64,000 bases of DNA from Takakia lepidozioides (Eukaryota; Plantae; Bryophyta), in contig CM060734.1 of assembly GCA_030704615.1 (NCBI GenBank), positions 27,404,001 to 27,468,000 on the forward strand, given 5' to 3'. How positions within the stretch are numbered: the first letter of the stretch is position 1; every line of letters starts with the position of its first letter. Of this stretch, positions 12,700-24,321 are shown in pieces. Under the pieces are notes generated by a model. That model did not search any database and was not told the DNA's origin. It saw only the letters and a list, made by a program, of their open reading frames with translations. The translations under genes were made by a program, and so were the position numbers.

Positions 12700-14296
12700 G
12701 TTACTCTAGGACACTTGATACCATGCCAAACTGATATGGATGGATCTTTTGTGGCCAAATCTGGTCCTTGGTTATATGCCCTTGAATGTTTACCTATTTT
12801 CCAAAACGGTAAGACATTGGTAGATGCAAAGAGAATGATTCAGGCATTGTATTCAAGTTGCTTTAGGATAAATAATACCAAAGTAACCTGCAGGCCTGAT
12901 GGGATGAGCAATTCAGATTCTTTGTGTTTCCTATGGATGATTGCATGGCATGTAAATCTGATTACAGCCTGTTATGGTAATGATTTCCCTACCCCAGACA
13001 TAGAACTTGGTCTTGGGGCATGGAATAATACTTGCACTGTTCCCAAGTCATTGGCACACCTCTTACCTATACAAATAAGGAGTTCAGGACGTTCGGAATA
13101 TTACTCTACCCTGTCATTGAAATTACACACCAGCCCCAGATCTAAAACAGATCAGGGGGCAAAAAACATGGTGTTAATGAGTGACTTGATGTGCAAAATA
13201 GGGCAGCTGATTACCCCCTGTTGTATGGCGGGAGAGGAGGCTGATATCTCATGGCTTTGGCCTTCCCATTGCCTTGGGTTCATCACTTCAATCAGGAACA
13301 TATTTGATAACCTTTTGTCATGCTCAGACCAAGGTGTTAGTAAATCAAACATAAAACTGAAAAACAGAAGGGAGATTGGTTGATAAATGTGTACAAGAAC
13401 CACCAAGTACACTGGTCTAAATCAGAGAGGGAAGATACTTATGTCTCGTCGAGACATGGACAAAGACCTGACAAGGTCATTGTAAAATTAACGACAAATC
13501 GGCCTCATTATCAACCATTCTTCATTCACAAGTCAGCTTTATGACAAATCCCAGACTTCAAAGTCAACGAAGTCTCTGGGTGGGGGGGGTGGGGAAAATT
13601 AGAGACTCGATTACCACTGTTCATAGCAGGAAACCGTTGTTCAGCATGCTAAAAAGTGCCATTCATGACATGCCATGTCATTCAGTCTGTATTTTTGGTC
13701 AGCTTACATACCAAGGCATCACCAACCATCCTAATTATCGTTGGCCCAAAAACTAGTATAGTTTTGGGTCTTTGTATCATGGGACATACCAAAGCGACTG
13801 AGCAGTAAGTATCCATGTCCAAATAAAGATCCATTGATCACTGTTCATGGCTGGAAATGTCTGTTGTCTTAAAGAAGCCATTTATGATCATAGAAGGCTT
13901 AAGAACAAAATAAGAGCATTTCTTTACATAAAGAACATCACCAAAGCAGGGTTACGGACTGATATTTGGCAGCTTATACAACAGGGGGTAATCAGCTGCC
14001 CTATTTTGCACATCAAGTCACTTATTGACACCATGTTTTTTGCCCCCTGATCTGTTTTAGATCTGGGGCTGGTGTGTAATTTCAATGACAGGGTAGAGTA
14101 ATATTCCGAACGTCCTGAACTCCTTATTTGTATAGGTAAGAGGTGTGCCAATGACTTGGGAACAGTGCAAATTATTCCATGCCCCAAGACCAAGTTCTAT
14201 GTCTGGGGTAGGGAAATCATTACCATAACAGGCTGTAATCAGATTTACATGCCATGCAATCATCCATAGGAAACACAAAGAATCTGAATTGCTCAT
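12700..14296. repeat. Rearranged copy of the ~2-kb repeat containing a ~320-bp inverted duplication
   Basis: 12700-13225 is the reverse complement of ~37086-37611. 13224-14296 matches the unit forward. Arms 12904-13225 and 13976-14296 are inverted copies. Confidence 0.85.
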
Positions 14297-15289
14297 TGTC
14301 GCGCGGCTTTTACTCACCCATCCCTTCGCTATCCGAGGCGGAAACTCCAAGATAGAAGAGTTGGAAATCTCTAAGTACTCAGCCCGCGCAGAACAATCAG
14401 TCATGACCTACAGCTAGTGTATCATGGGGGTGTTTCCATTTTGTTTCCCTTTCCGCATTCATCTTAGCTACCTTACCATTGATAATTAAATATCAGTTTG
14501 CTTCATCAATCTATCGGTTTCCTTCACTCATCCATTCAATCCACAGCTTCACTCAGATCTCTCTACACAGTGTGATTGTATCGTATAAGTATCAGATTAT
14601 GATTTATCAGGTATCAGGCCGAAGCCATTATGTCTCTAATCTGCTCTACAACATCACTACAGCTTTGCATATAACAAGCATCTACTAATCCTCTTTCCTC
14701 CTTCACCGTGCTCTCCATCTTTTGCTTCTGATCTCCGCTCCAGCCTGACTAAGAAGTCCTCCTCTGAAGAATGATAAAATCCCTCCTTCATTCCCCATTT
14801 TCCCTTTTATCTTCCTATCCGCAGTTCTAACCGTTTCCCTCACTAACCGTCGTCTGTGAACTAACATGTTCCCTTCGCAGGTGTTGTTCCCCACAGTCGT
14901 TCCCTGTCTTACTCTTCGTTCCCTATGATCGTGACAGCTGTGTCAAGCTGTGACTGGCTGTGTGAAACTGTGACGGGCTGTGACTGGCTGTGCGACTGTG
15001 TTTGGCTGTATCGGGCTGTGACTGGCTGTGTGGCTGTGCCGGGCTGTGTCGGCTGTGTCGGCTGTGTTGGCTGTGACGACTGTGACGACTGTGATGGGCT
15101 GTGTTGGCTGTGTTGGCTGTGTGGACTGTGACGGCTGTGTTGGCTGTGACGACTGTGACGGCTGTGTAACCCCCCTCTACAGTGCGCTGCTGTCACCCCT
15201 AAGGCTCCTGTTGGTCTCAGTCTGTGCAAAATTTAAGGGTACCCTACAGATCCCGTATAAGTGTCTAAGTCCCCTACAGTCCTCTAACA
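14297..15289 (-). mobile_element. 3' LTR of Athila-like Gypsy element
   Basis: TG...CA termini (TGTCGCGCGG...CCTCTAACA on +), homologous to 30900-31822, with an adjacent PPT. Confidence 0.9.
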
Positions 15290-15292
15290 TTA

Positions 15293-15306
15293 CCCCTTCC
15301 CCCCTC
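15293..15306 (-). promoter_or_regulatory. Polypurine tract (PPT)
   Basis: The minus strand reads GAGGGGGGAAGGGG-TAA-TGTTAG, directly upstream of the 3' LTR. Confidence 0.85.
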
Positions 15307-15327
15307 AAAAAGCCGTGTCCTCACGGT

Positions 15328-18300
15328 TTACTGTTTCCGAGTAGCAAACCTTTGTGAGTGAGCACCTTGTTGACGTTGAGAGTTTCGTGGCGGACTGTGT
15401 GTACGAGCCCGAGGTCTGTCTCTGGTTGACAGAGATGGTTGATCACTACCTGGATAATTGAGGCCCTCTGGAGGCTGATATCGAGGTAACCTTTCTGGCA
15501 TAGGAGACCCCCGTCGCTTCTTTTCTGCCATCTGAATTGCATAGTCTTCTCCCATGTCAAAAGAATTCTGTGAAGAAACAGTTGTATCAGAATCCTCATC
15601 ACCTCTCAGATGTTTTAATTTTCGAACCTTTTGTGGAATCATCTGGGGCATACAATGTTGTCCTACCATGTCTGGAAGTTTGCATTTTACAACTTGGTGT
15701 AACCGCTGAACAGCAAAATTGGTGTAGACACTGAGCTCCTTGTCTGTCCAGGTGAGTGGGGTACCAATTACTGGTGCAGCGTGCAAGTACTTCCATGCCA
15801 CATGTCCCTTATAGAAAATGTCATCAAGTCCAAATTTTTGTGTTGACAAATGGTTGCAGGCTGCTTGAAACCATGAACGAATTTGAGAATCCTTTTGCAT
15901 CATAACTTTTGGGTCATATAGGTACATATGAGGTGGCACCGAAGGTAATACCCAATGATCTCCACTGGAGTAACTTTGAAAGCGTGTTTGCATCTTTTGT
16001 TGCTCAATGTGGTAACGTACCAGAAAACAAGCAGCGTAGTATAGCCCGCACCCCATGACAATACTTGCTATCTCCTTGGTCTTGGTATAAATGAGTCCAT
16101 GTACAACCTGGAAAGCAACCAATTCCCTCAACATGGTACCTGCCTCGTGCCAGTATTGTGCAAAGTGATGATCTTCAATATGTCGATTGTTTGGAAGAAC
16201 TTTAGTCCTAGTTGCCACTGGCAGCCAAATACGCATGATTTGGTAGTAATGTGCGAATGACTGCGGAGGACTAAATTCTTTCCAAGCCAAATCCAACATG
16301 ATGGGAATTTGGTTGAAGGGCATAAGCATAGCCCTGCTGTACTCCCTTGCAGCTGGAGTTTTAGGTGGGTTAAAAGCGGCATTGCCCCATACCTCCGGCT
16401 GTGGTGGCTGTGGTGTGGTTGTAGTAACCACAGGTTCAGCTACTGGTACACTGACCTGTTGTGGTGGTGGTGGTACTGGCTCCTGTATCATTGGCATCTC
16501 CTGCACCTCCTGTGAAGACTGAAAAGCCAAAGTTCTGGCTTGTAAATAAGAAGCCATTAGCTGTTCCTGAGGGATATAGACTCTTTGGTCGATGTTTGAA
16601 GTGAGGTCTTCCACTTGAGTCTGGAGTCCGTCTACATCCTCTTGTAACTCTGCTATCCTACTATAGACATTGTCTATAGTAGTTGTGGCAATGTTCTGCA
16701 CCTGCAGTCTGAGCTCATTCATCTCGCTTTGGGTGAGCTTCCGTGGGCTTTGCCCTCTACTGGCCCTTGTGCTAACCAGACCTGCATAAGGCTGTTATCC
16801 ACCAAGCTGCTTGTGGTTCCCCTGAGAGTTTGCTCCTCTCTTAGCTTGTACAATTCCAACTGCTGTTGTAAAGCCTCCATGCGCTTCGCCTGGGCTCAAC
16901 CAATTGCGCATAAGCAGCAAGTAGATTATTGGCTTCCTTCCAAGCCTTGTTACTGACCGCGATTTCATTTCTATTGGCCACGATGGTTTGTTGCAACTCC
17001 ACGATGTGTTTTCTCTTGATCAGCTTCCATCTGCCTGTATTGCTTGAAAGTATCTTCATTGCGACAGATTGTATTCTTCATATCGACAATGAGCTTCATT
17101 TGCTCAACATTCTCTCTTCTGCCTTCGTACATTTTTCCGCTTGACTGTTTATTTCTTTTGTTGATTGGTCAAGCATAGTTGTAAATGTAGCACATTGTAT
17201 CGCCATCCTGTTATGCACTGTCTGCAACTCCGTATGTAGTGCATTCAGTTCTTGCAACTTGCTTTCATGCTGCACCTGCATTTGGTATAGCTGTTGCTTA
17301 TGTGCTTCGTGCAACTGGTCTTGCGCGAGGCCTGCCTCAATCAATTGTTGCTTGGCCAATTGCAAAGCCATTTCTGTATTGCCCAAGTCCTGCTTCATCT
17401 TGAGAGTGACCTCTTCATCGACCTTGTTTGCACACTCAGTGGCAAGTCGAGCCTCAAACTCCTTCCTGAGTTCCTCTTTCAAGGCTGTCAATTGGGTAAT
17501 TGGAACATGGGATTTGACATAAGTCCCCAACAAATTAAGTGTCCTGCCTATGGAACTCATCAGCATTGCCTGTTGAGGGTCATCATGGTGAGGTTGCTGC
17601 TGTTCCTCCTGATCTTCAACAGTATGATGTCTCACTAACCATTCAGGCCATTGTCCCACCGGATTTTCTTCCTGAACTACTTCATCTATCACCGGTGCTA
17701 CAGTGTCATGACCTTCCGCCTGTGGTACCTCCGACACAGGTGTGTGTATTATATGCACCTCAGGATTTCCCTTGGGCAACTGTTGCACCTCTGGGATTTC
17801 TGTCTCCTTGACCAGACCAGAATATTCATAGAGAAGGTCCCCTTTCTCTATTTCTGCCACTATCTGTTCTGTAGTTGGAATATCTATCCCTTCACTTTCC
17901 AAATCAATTATTTCGGGTTGAGCTGCATGGATAACTTGTGACCTTGTGACAAGTCGTTCAAGTGGCTGTGATGGTTGTGATGCAGAAGTAACTTCCTCCT
18001 CCCTCTCTGAAGGTCCTGCTTCCAGTAATAGCATTTGTCTGTGCTGCTGTGCCCCTTCCTGGCCATGAGCTTGGGAAACATTATCATGCGGAATCCGTGA
18101 AGCCAGTGGATCCGCCACTACAGTCTTTCCCCTTCTCTGCCTCTTAGTCTCGGGTTGTGCTGCTAGTCCACCCTCACTGTGTGAAGAGCCTTGCTCTTCC
18201 ATTGCAGTTGTTTCTGGCTCAAACACTCCCATTTCCTTCCTTTCTTGTGCATTAAGTATGCCAGAATTAAGGATTATTTGAGCAATGATTGGGCCAGACA

Positions 18301-18877
18301 CAATGATAGGAGACTTTGCGGTAGTACCTTGTAATCTTTTCATCTCCTCTACTAGTGCGTTGTACATTATGTCCGCCCATTGTACCTCTTGTCCCTTCAG
18401 GCCTTTGAGTATTTCCTCTGTGAAGGATCTGCTCAAATATTGTTGGTTCTGTTTCAGGGCAATCAGAACGTTCAATACCTGGCCTATCTCTTTTAACCCT
18501 GGGTACACAGCTTTGGTACAAGCATAACCCTGAGTTTTAAAGAAACTCCCTTCTTGGAATAAGTCCCCTATTTGCAGTCTTGCCCTGTGTTCCTCCACAT
18601 GCACCTGACCTGCTGGCAATCGAAACAATTGCTGGAGGTATAGGGGAGTAATCATTAATTCAACTCCCTTCACCGTTGTTGTTCCTGTCCTTGGCTCAAA
18701 GTTCTGCAAAAATTGTAACATGTACTGTCTATGGTGTAGTGTCCAATCTAGGCTTTGCAATCCTTCCAATCTCAGCTCCTCCAGTATCTTTATCGCCTGT
18801 GGGGTAGCCATCGTTTGTTTCTGCAGAATTGTGGTGCTCTTCACCCTGATTTCCTCCATTCCTCTCACTCTCTTCAT
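15328..18877 (-). pseudogene. Extra 3' ORF of the Gypsy element (~1,180 codons when frameshifts are bridged); N-terminal plant-transposon (Transposase_32/PMD-like) domain plus long coiled coil
   Basis: ORFs 17096-18934, 16841-17059 and 15328-16722 lie in series between INT and the PPT. A diverged homolog at ~42394-45010 aligns across the frameshift points. The domain call is by resemblance only (VKGVELMITP..LFRLP, QWADIMYNAL). Confidence 0.7.
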
Positions 18878-18884
18878 TTTAGAC

Positions 18885-19094
18885 TCACAGAACTGCTTTG
18901 GCTGTAAACAACTGCAGGAATGCCTGTAGTGCACAAAGCATAAACGTATGGTTGCCGCAGAAAGCTATGGGTAATTTCTTGTAAGCCTGCGGGGCTTGCA
19001 AGCATTGCTCAAGAGAAAAGCTCTGCTCTGTCCTTTCGTGTCTATGCCACTGCGTAAGTAATATTGCGAGCGTATAGTCTGTTAGTTCCTCCAT
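18885..19094 (-). CDS. Conserved 69-aa small ORF between integrase and the 3' ORF
   Basis: MEELTDYTLAILLTQWH..CLQAPQAY..C.NHTFML.ALQ.FLQLF. The homolog at 42178-42369 differs mostly at synonymous positions in the conserved blocks. Confidence 0.7.
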   Translation of the reverse strand: MEELTDYTLAILLTQWHRHERTEQSFSLEQCLQAPQAYKKLPIAFCGNHTFMLCALQAFLQLFTAKAVL

Positions 19095-19564
19095 AGTTTC
19101 CAAGTTATAGCATTATGGCCTGTCCTGTCGAGACGCCCGTTACTCAGAACGACGCCGCCTCTTGCGCTCAATTTCCCTCCATTTTCTTGATCCTTTCTCT
19201 GGTTTTCTATTGGCTGTATCCGCTGTGACTGGATTTTAAATTTTATCTTCTTTAGTGGACTTTCCCTCTTGGATAGTCCACTAGGATCACACATGTGACA
19301 AGAATTCGGCTTTTCTGTACTTGCCGTTCGTTCCGTTTCCCTTTTTCCGTACTCATTAATGGGCCTGGCTTTCATCCCTTTTGACGGCCGTTCTTGTCTT
19401 CTTTCTTTTTGACACCTGTCCTTGCACTTCATTGTCTGCTGTGTGTCGCGCCCTGACCTCCACGTGTCTATTTTTAAAGTAATTTCCGTTTCCTCTTCCG
19501 TCATCCATTTTCCTGAAGTTATTATGTGTCCACTTGTCACTGATTCTATGGATGGTGTAACTTT

Positions 19565-19775
19565 AGTAGGCTGTGTTGAGCTGTGACAGGCTGTGTCATA
19601 CTGTGTTACACTGTGATAGGCTGTGATGCACTGTGGTAAGCTGTGATAGGCTGTGACACGCTGTGGGTTGTTATAGGCTGTGTTGCGCCGTGCTGGGCTG
19701 TGATAGGCTGTGTTGCGCCTTGCTGGACTGTGATAGGTTTGTGTCACGTCGTGATGGCTGTGGTAGGTTGTGTGT
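19565..19775. repeat. GGCTGTG-type minisatellite downstream of integrase
   Basis: Tandem (A/G)GCTGTG(A/T) units. Confidence 0.8.
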
Positions 19776-22700
19776 CACGTTTGTTTTGCCCGCCCTGGTC
19801 ATATATGCTGGGCCTAGCGACAAGTGTTCCATACTCCGTTCGTAACACTGGGGCAGCCCGTGACTGCTCTTGCGGTTCAACATGCAAATCATGCTGCAGG
19901 GGTTTGTCATGGATACCACTGTACCCCTTCAACTTATTTGCATTGACTCTTCCCAGCATTTCTTTGTTAATGGTTTGTAACATGGCGGTGTTGTTATCAT
20001 ACATCTTTTGTATGACATAAGGTCCTTTCCACGGTGATTTAAGCTTAGAAGCTTGAATCTTTCCTTTCTTCTGCAACCATAGAACCAAATCCCCCATCTT
20101 AAAAGTCTTTAACTTGCCTTCATCAAACTGTTCCTTTCGCTTCATCTGAATTCTGGTCATATTATCAGCTGCATCAGCACGTACTTCTTCCACATGGTAT
20201 AATTCATGTTTCCTGACCTTGATGGAGTCTTGCAATTCCATTCTTTTTCCCCACTCCGTTCTCATGGTAGGTAACAGGAATTCCACTGGAAGTAAGGCTT
20301 CCATACCATAAACTAATTGGAATGGTGTATACTTAGTGGTGACTTTATATGAAGTCCTGTATGACCATAAAGCTGTCAGCAGCTTTGTATCCCAATCCGT
20401 TCTGTTTGCATTGACTATCTTAGCCAAGATAGTACATAGTATTTTGTTGGTAGCCTCTGCCTGCCCATTACCCTGTGGGTAATATGTTGTACTCTTTCTA
20501 TGCACAATCATAAACTCTTTAGTCAACAACTCAATGGTCTCATTCATGAAGTGACTTCCTTGATCACTGATAAATTCTAAGGGACAGCCAAATCGTGTAA
20601 GTATGTTCTCGTACAGGAACCTTGCTGTGGACTTGGCTGTGTTGTCCCTCAAAGCTTTAGCTTCCACCCACTTTGTAGTATAATCAGTGGCTGTAATTAT
20701 GTACCTGCTTCGTGTATTCTTGGATGGTGGATTAATTGGTCCAACAAAGTCTAGTCCCCATTTCTGAAATGGTTCCGTAGGCATTGTAGGATGCAAGGCC
20801 ATCCTTCCAGATCTCTGCAAAGGTCCTAGCCTCTGACATTCATCACACTTCTGACAATATTCATGTACATCTTTGAACAAAGTAGGCCACCAGTATCCTG
20901 CGAGTAGTATCTTTCTACTGGTAGTCTCTTCTCCAAAATGACCTCCAGCCACTCCTTTATGAACTTCCTCCAAGACTTTATTTACTTCATGGTGGTACAA
21001 GCATCGTTTTAGTACTCCATCAGGTCCTAACTTATACATTCTGCTTCCTACCATAGTATAAGGTAAAGCTTTGATAGCAATTCTCTTCCTCTGCTCCTTA
21101 CCATAACTAGGTGGGCACTGACCATGAGCAAGGTAGTATCTGATTGGCCACTGCCAATCTAACCATTCATCTGCACTTCCTTGCACCTCCATTACAAATA
21201 AACTCGCATCAGGTAACTGATCGTCCACTCCTGTGGCGGCCTCTCCTGTTGTTAGTCGTGACAAATGATCTGCCACAAGATGCAAACGGCCAGGCTTGTA
21301 AATAACCTCGAACTCAAACTCATGCAAGATTATTAACCACCTCGCTATCCTTCCACTTATCAAAGGTTTGTTCACCAGATATATCAGAGCCTGGTGATCC
21401 ACATAAAACATAAACTTTCTTCCCAATAGGTAATGCCTGAATTTCTTGACTGCATAAATCATTGCCAATGCTTCTCTTTCCGTTGTACTATAGTTCCTCT
21501 CAGCACTGTTCATCAACCGGCTAGCATAGTACACAGGTGAATCTATATTCCCTGTAACATTCTGGGCTAACACCGCACCCAACGCTTCTCCTGATGCATC
21601 GCAGTGAACATGAAATACTACATGCCAGTGAGGGTTAATCAGCACAGGTGTAGTTGTTACTGACAGGTAAGTTCCTCAAACGCCTGTTGACATTCAGCTG
21701 TCCAGGCAAACACTGCATCTTTCTTCAGAAGCTTGCTCAATGGTGCTGCTATTTGTGCATACCTTTTGACAAATCTTCTGTAATAACTGGTTTGCCCAAG
21801 GAATCTCTTCGTAGACTTTTAACATTCACTGGGGGTGGAGAGGCTTTAATGGACTCTGTCTTCTGGGATCCACAAGGAGTCCCTTCTTACACACAATGTG
21901 TCCCAGAAGCACCCCTGAGTTCACACAGAAAGTACACTTCTCTGGATTCAGGCCCAGACCTCTCATCCTGCATCTGGCCAAACATAACTCCAATTTATGC
22001 AAGTGCTCACTCTTAGAGCTGTACACACTGAAATCATCCAAGAATACCTGCATGAAATCATCCAGATACTCATGAAAAGATTCACTTATCACTCTCTGAA
22101 AGGTCGTTGGTGCATTACAAAGTCCAAAGGGCATGACTTTGTATGCATAAGCCCCCAGTCTGTGATGAAAGCTGTTTTCCTTGGTCTTCTTCTGCCACTT
22201 GCACTTGATTATAACCACTGAAGCTATCCATGAATGAGTACATCTCATGGCTGCCACAGTGTCTAATACTGCTTCTGTGAATGACAAAGGGAAAGGATCT
22301 TTCTTCGTACAAGCATTCAGCTTCTTATAGTTTACACATACTCTTAGTTTGCCATTCTTCTTGGGAACTATAACATGGGTGACAACCAAGTTGTATACTC
22401 TATTGGGTATATAAACTTAGCCTCAGCCAACTTCTTTATCTCTTCTCCAACCTTCTGTGCGTAGTTGGGATTCATTCTATACCTCGCCTGCTTGATTGGT
22501 ACTAAACCCTGGTTCCAGTTCAATCTTATGCTGACAGACTTCAGGTGGTATCCCTTTTAGATCCTCATAGCTCCAAACAAATACATCTCTGTATTTGATG
22601 AACAAGCTTTTAGCTTCTTCGAAGAATTCCGGCTCCAAATCAGCTCCTACTTTCACCATCCTCGGTTCCTCCTGAGTTCCCACATTTACTTCTCATCTCA

Positions 22701-23821
22701 CCTGCTCATCAGCTGTGATTGTCCAACCAGTCACCACTTCATCTGTAAGCTCACAGTGGCTGGTTCTTCTAGGATTTCTATTTCTCCTTCTCTCTCTTCA
22801 TAGAAATGTGATGGGTAAATGCTAGTTTCCTCTTCAGTTGGTGTTGCTGTCATTACACCACAGCAGATACCTCTCAAACAACTTAGGCTTTCCAGCCGCA
22901 TCTCGCAACCTGCTCCCACTCTGGGTGTGCAGCAAAAGGGTAGCTTCCTGCTCCTCATCCAGTCCTCCTCTCCAGTCATACTCTCTGACTCCTCGAGGGT
23001 CTTCTTGTAGCAGGTAATCTACTAGATTTCTTTGTGGTAATTGTATCTCGTGTATCCCATTATGCACGGTTAAAACTGAGAATTCAGTCATGGAATACCC
23101 TGCCTGTTGCAGCCACGGACGCCCAATAATAAGGAGTAAGCCTCCATGACTTCATCCATTTTTAATACAGTTACTGTGATCATAAAGATCATTTTCTGTA
23201 TCTGTATCTTAACTCCTCTTATTAATCCCAATGGCTGCAAACTTCTTTGATCTGCCATTGTTACTGTAAATGGGGCTGGTTTCATGTTACTTAGACCAAG
23301 CTTCTTCCTTAATTGGTCTGTCATGATATTTACTCCAGAACCACCATCTATCAGTACATCAGTTAGTTCTGTGCTTCCAATTCTCATTGGATTACTGGCA
23401 TAGAATCATCAAAGTCCATGACTGGTTCTCGCCCTTCCGGGCTTCACCTTATAACTGGTCACCTTGCTGTTCAGGTCTGTGTTTCCTGTCTCTTGGGCAT
23501 TCGATTGATTGCCTGATAAAACCTGTGCCTTACAATAAGGGTGCCACAGCTAATAGCTGTCCAATGGTAATTTCTGCTTGGTCTGACTATACTGCAGCCA
23601 AGTCTCTTCATTATTGCAGTTGAATCTTTTTTTTTCCTTTTTCCTCACTCCCTTCTTTTTCTCCATCCGAATAAGAGGAACTGGCCACAGGAATATTCAT
23701 ACTCTTTTGCATTTACCGTATAGTATAGTCACTTCCTTGTGCAGTTCCTTCTCTATCTTTCCAAGTCTAGTCATCTTCAGGCATATATTGGCACTTCAAG
23801 TTAATCTTCTTCCTCTTACTG
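19744..23821 (-). mobile_element. Athila-like Gypsy pol, copy 1 (protease-RT-RNaseH-INT)
   Basis: LIDGGSGVN protease; RT KKDPFPL, FLDD; RNaseH HCDASG, EREAL, ADHLSR; [32 protein letters not shown] motif. No chromodomain. Frameshifts increase toward the gap. Confidence 0.92.
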
Positions 23822-24321
23822 NNNNNNNNNNNNNNNNNNNNNNNNNNNNNNNNNNNNNNNNNNNNNNNNNNNNNNNNNNNNNNNNNNNNNNNNNNNNNNN
23901 NNNNNNNNNNNNNNNNNNNNNNNNNNNNNNNNNNNNNNNNNNNNNNNNNNNNNNNNNNNNNNNNNNNNNNNNNNNNNNNNNNNNNNNNNNNNNNNNNNNN
24001 NNNNNNNNNNNNNNNNNNNNNNNNNNNNNNNNNNNNNNNNNNNNNNNNNNNNNNNNNNNNNNNNNNNNNNNNNNNNNNNNNNNNNNNNNNNNNNNNNNNN
24101 NNNNNNNNNNNNNNNNNNNNNNNNNNNNNNNNNNNNNNNNNNNNNNNNNNNNNNNNNNNNNNNNNNNNNNNNNNNNNNNNNNNNNNNNNNNNNNNNNNNN
24201 NNNNNNNNNNNNNNNNNNNNNNNNNNNNNNNNNNNNNNNNNNNNNNNNNNNNNNNNNNNNNNNNNNNNNNNNNNNNNNNNNNNNNNNNNNNNNNNNNNNN
24301 NNNNNNNNNNNNNNNNNNNNN
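23822..24321. other. Assembly gap (500 N)
   Basis: Run of N. Confidence 1.
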
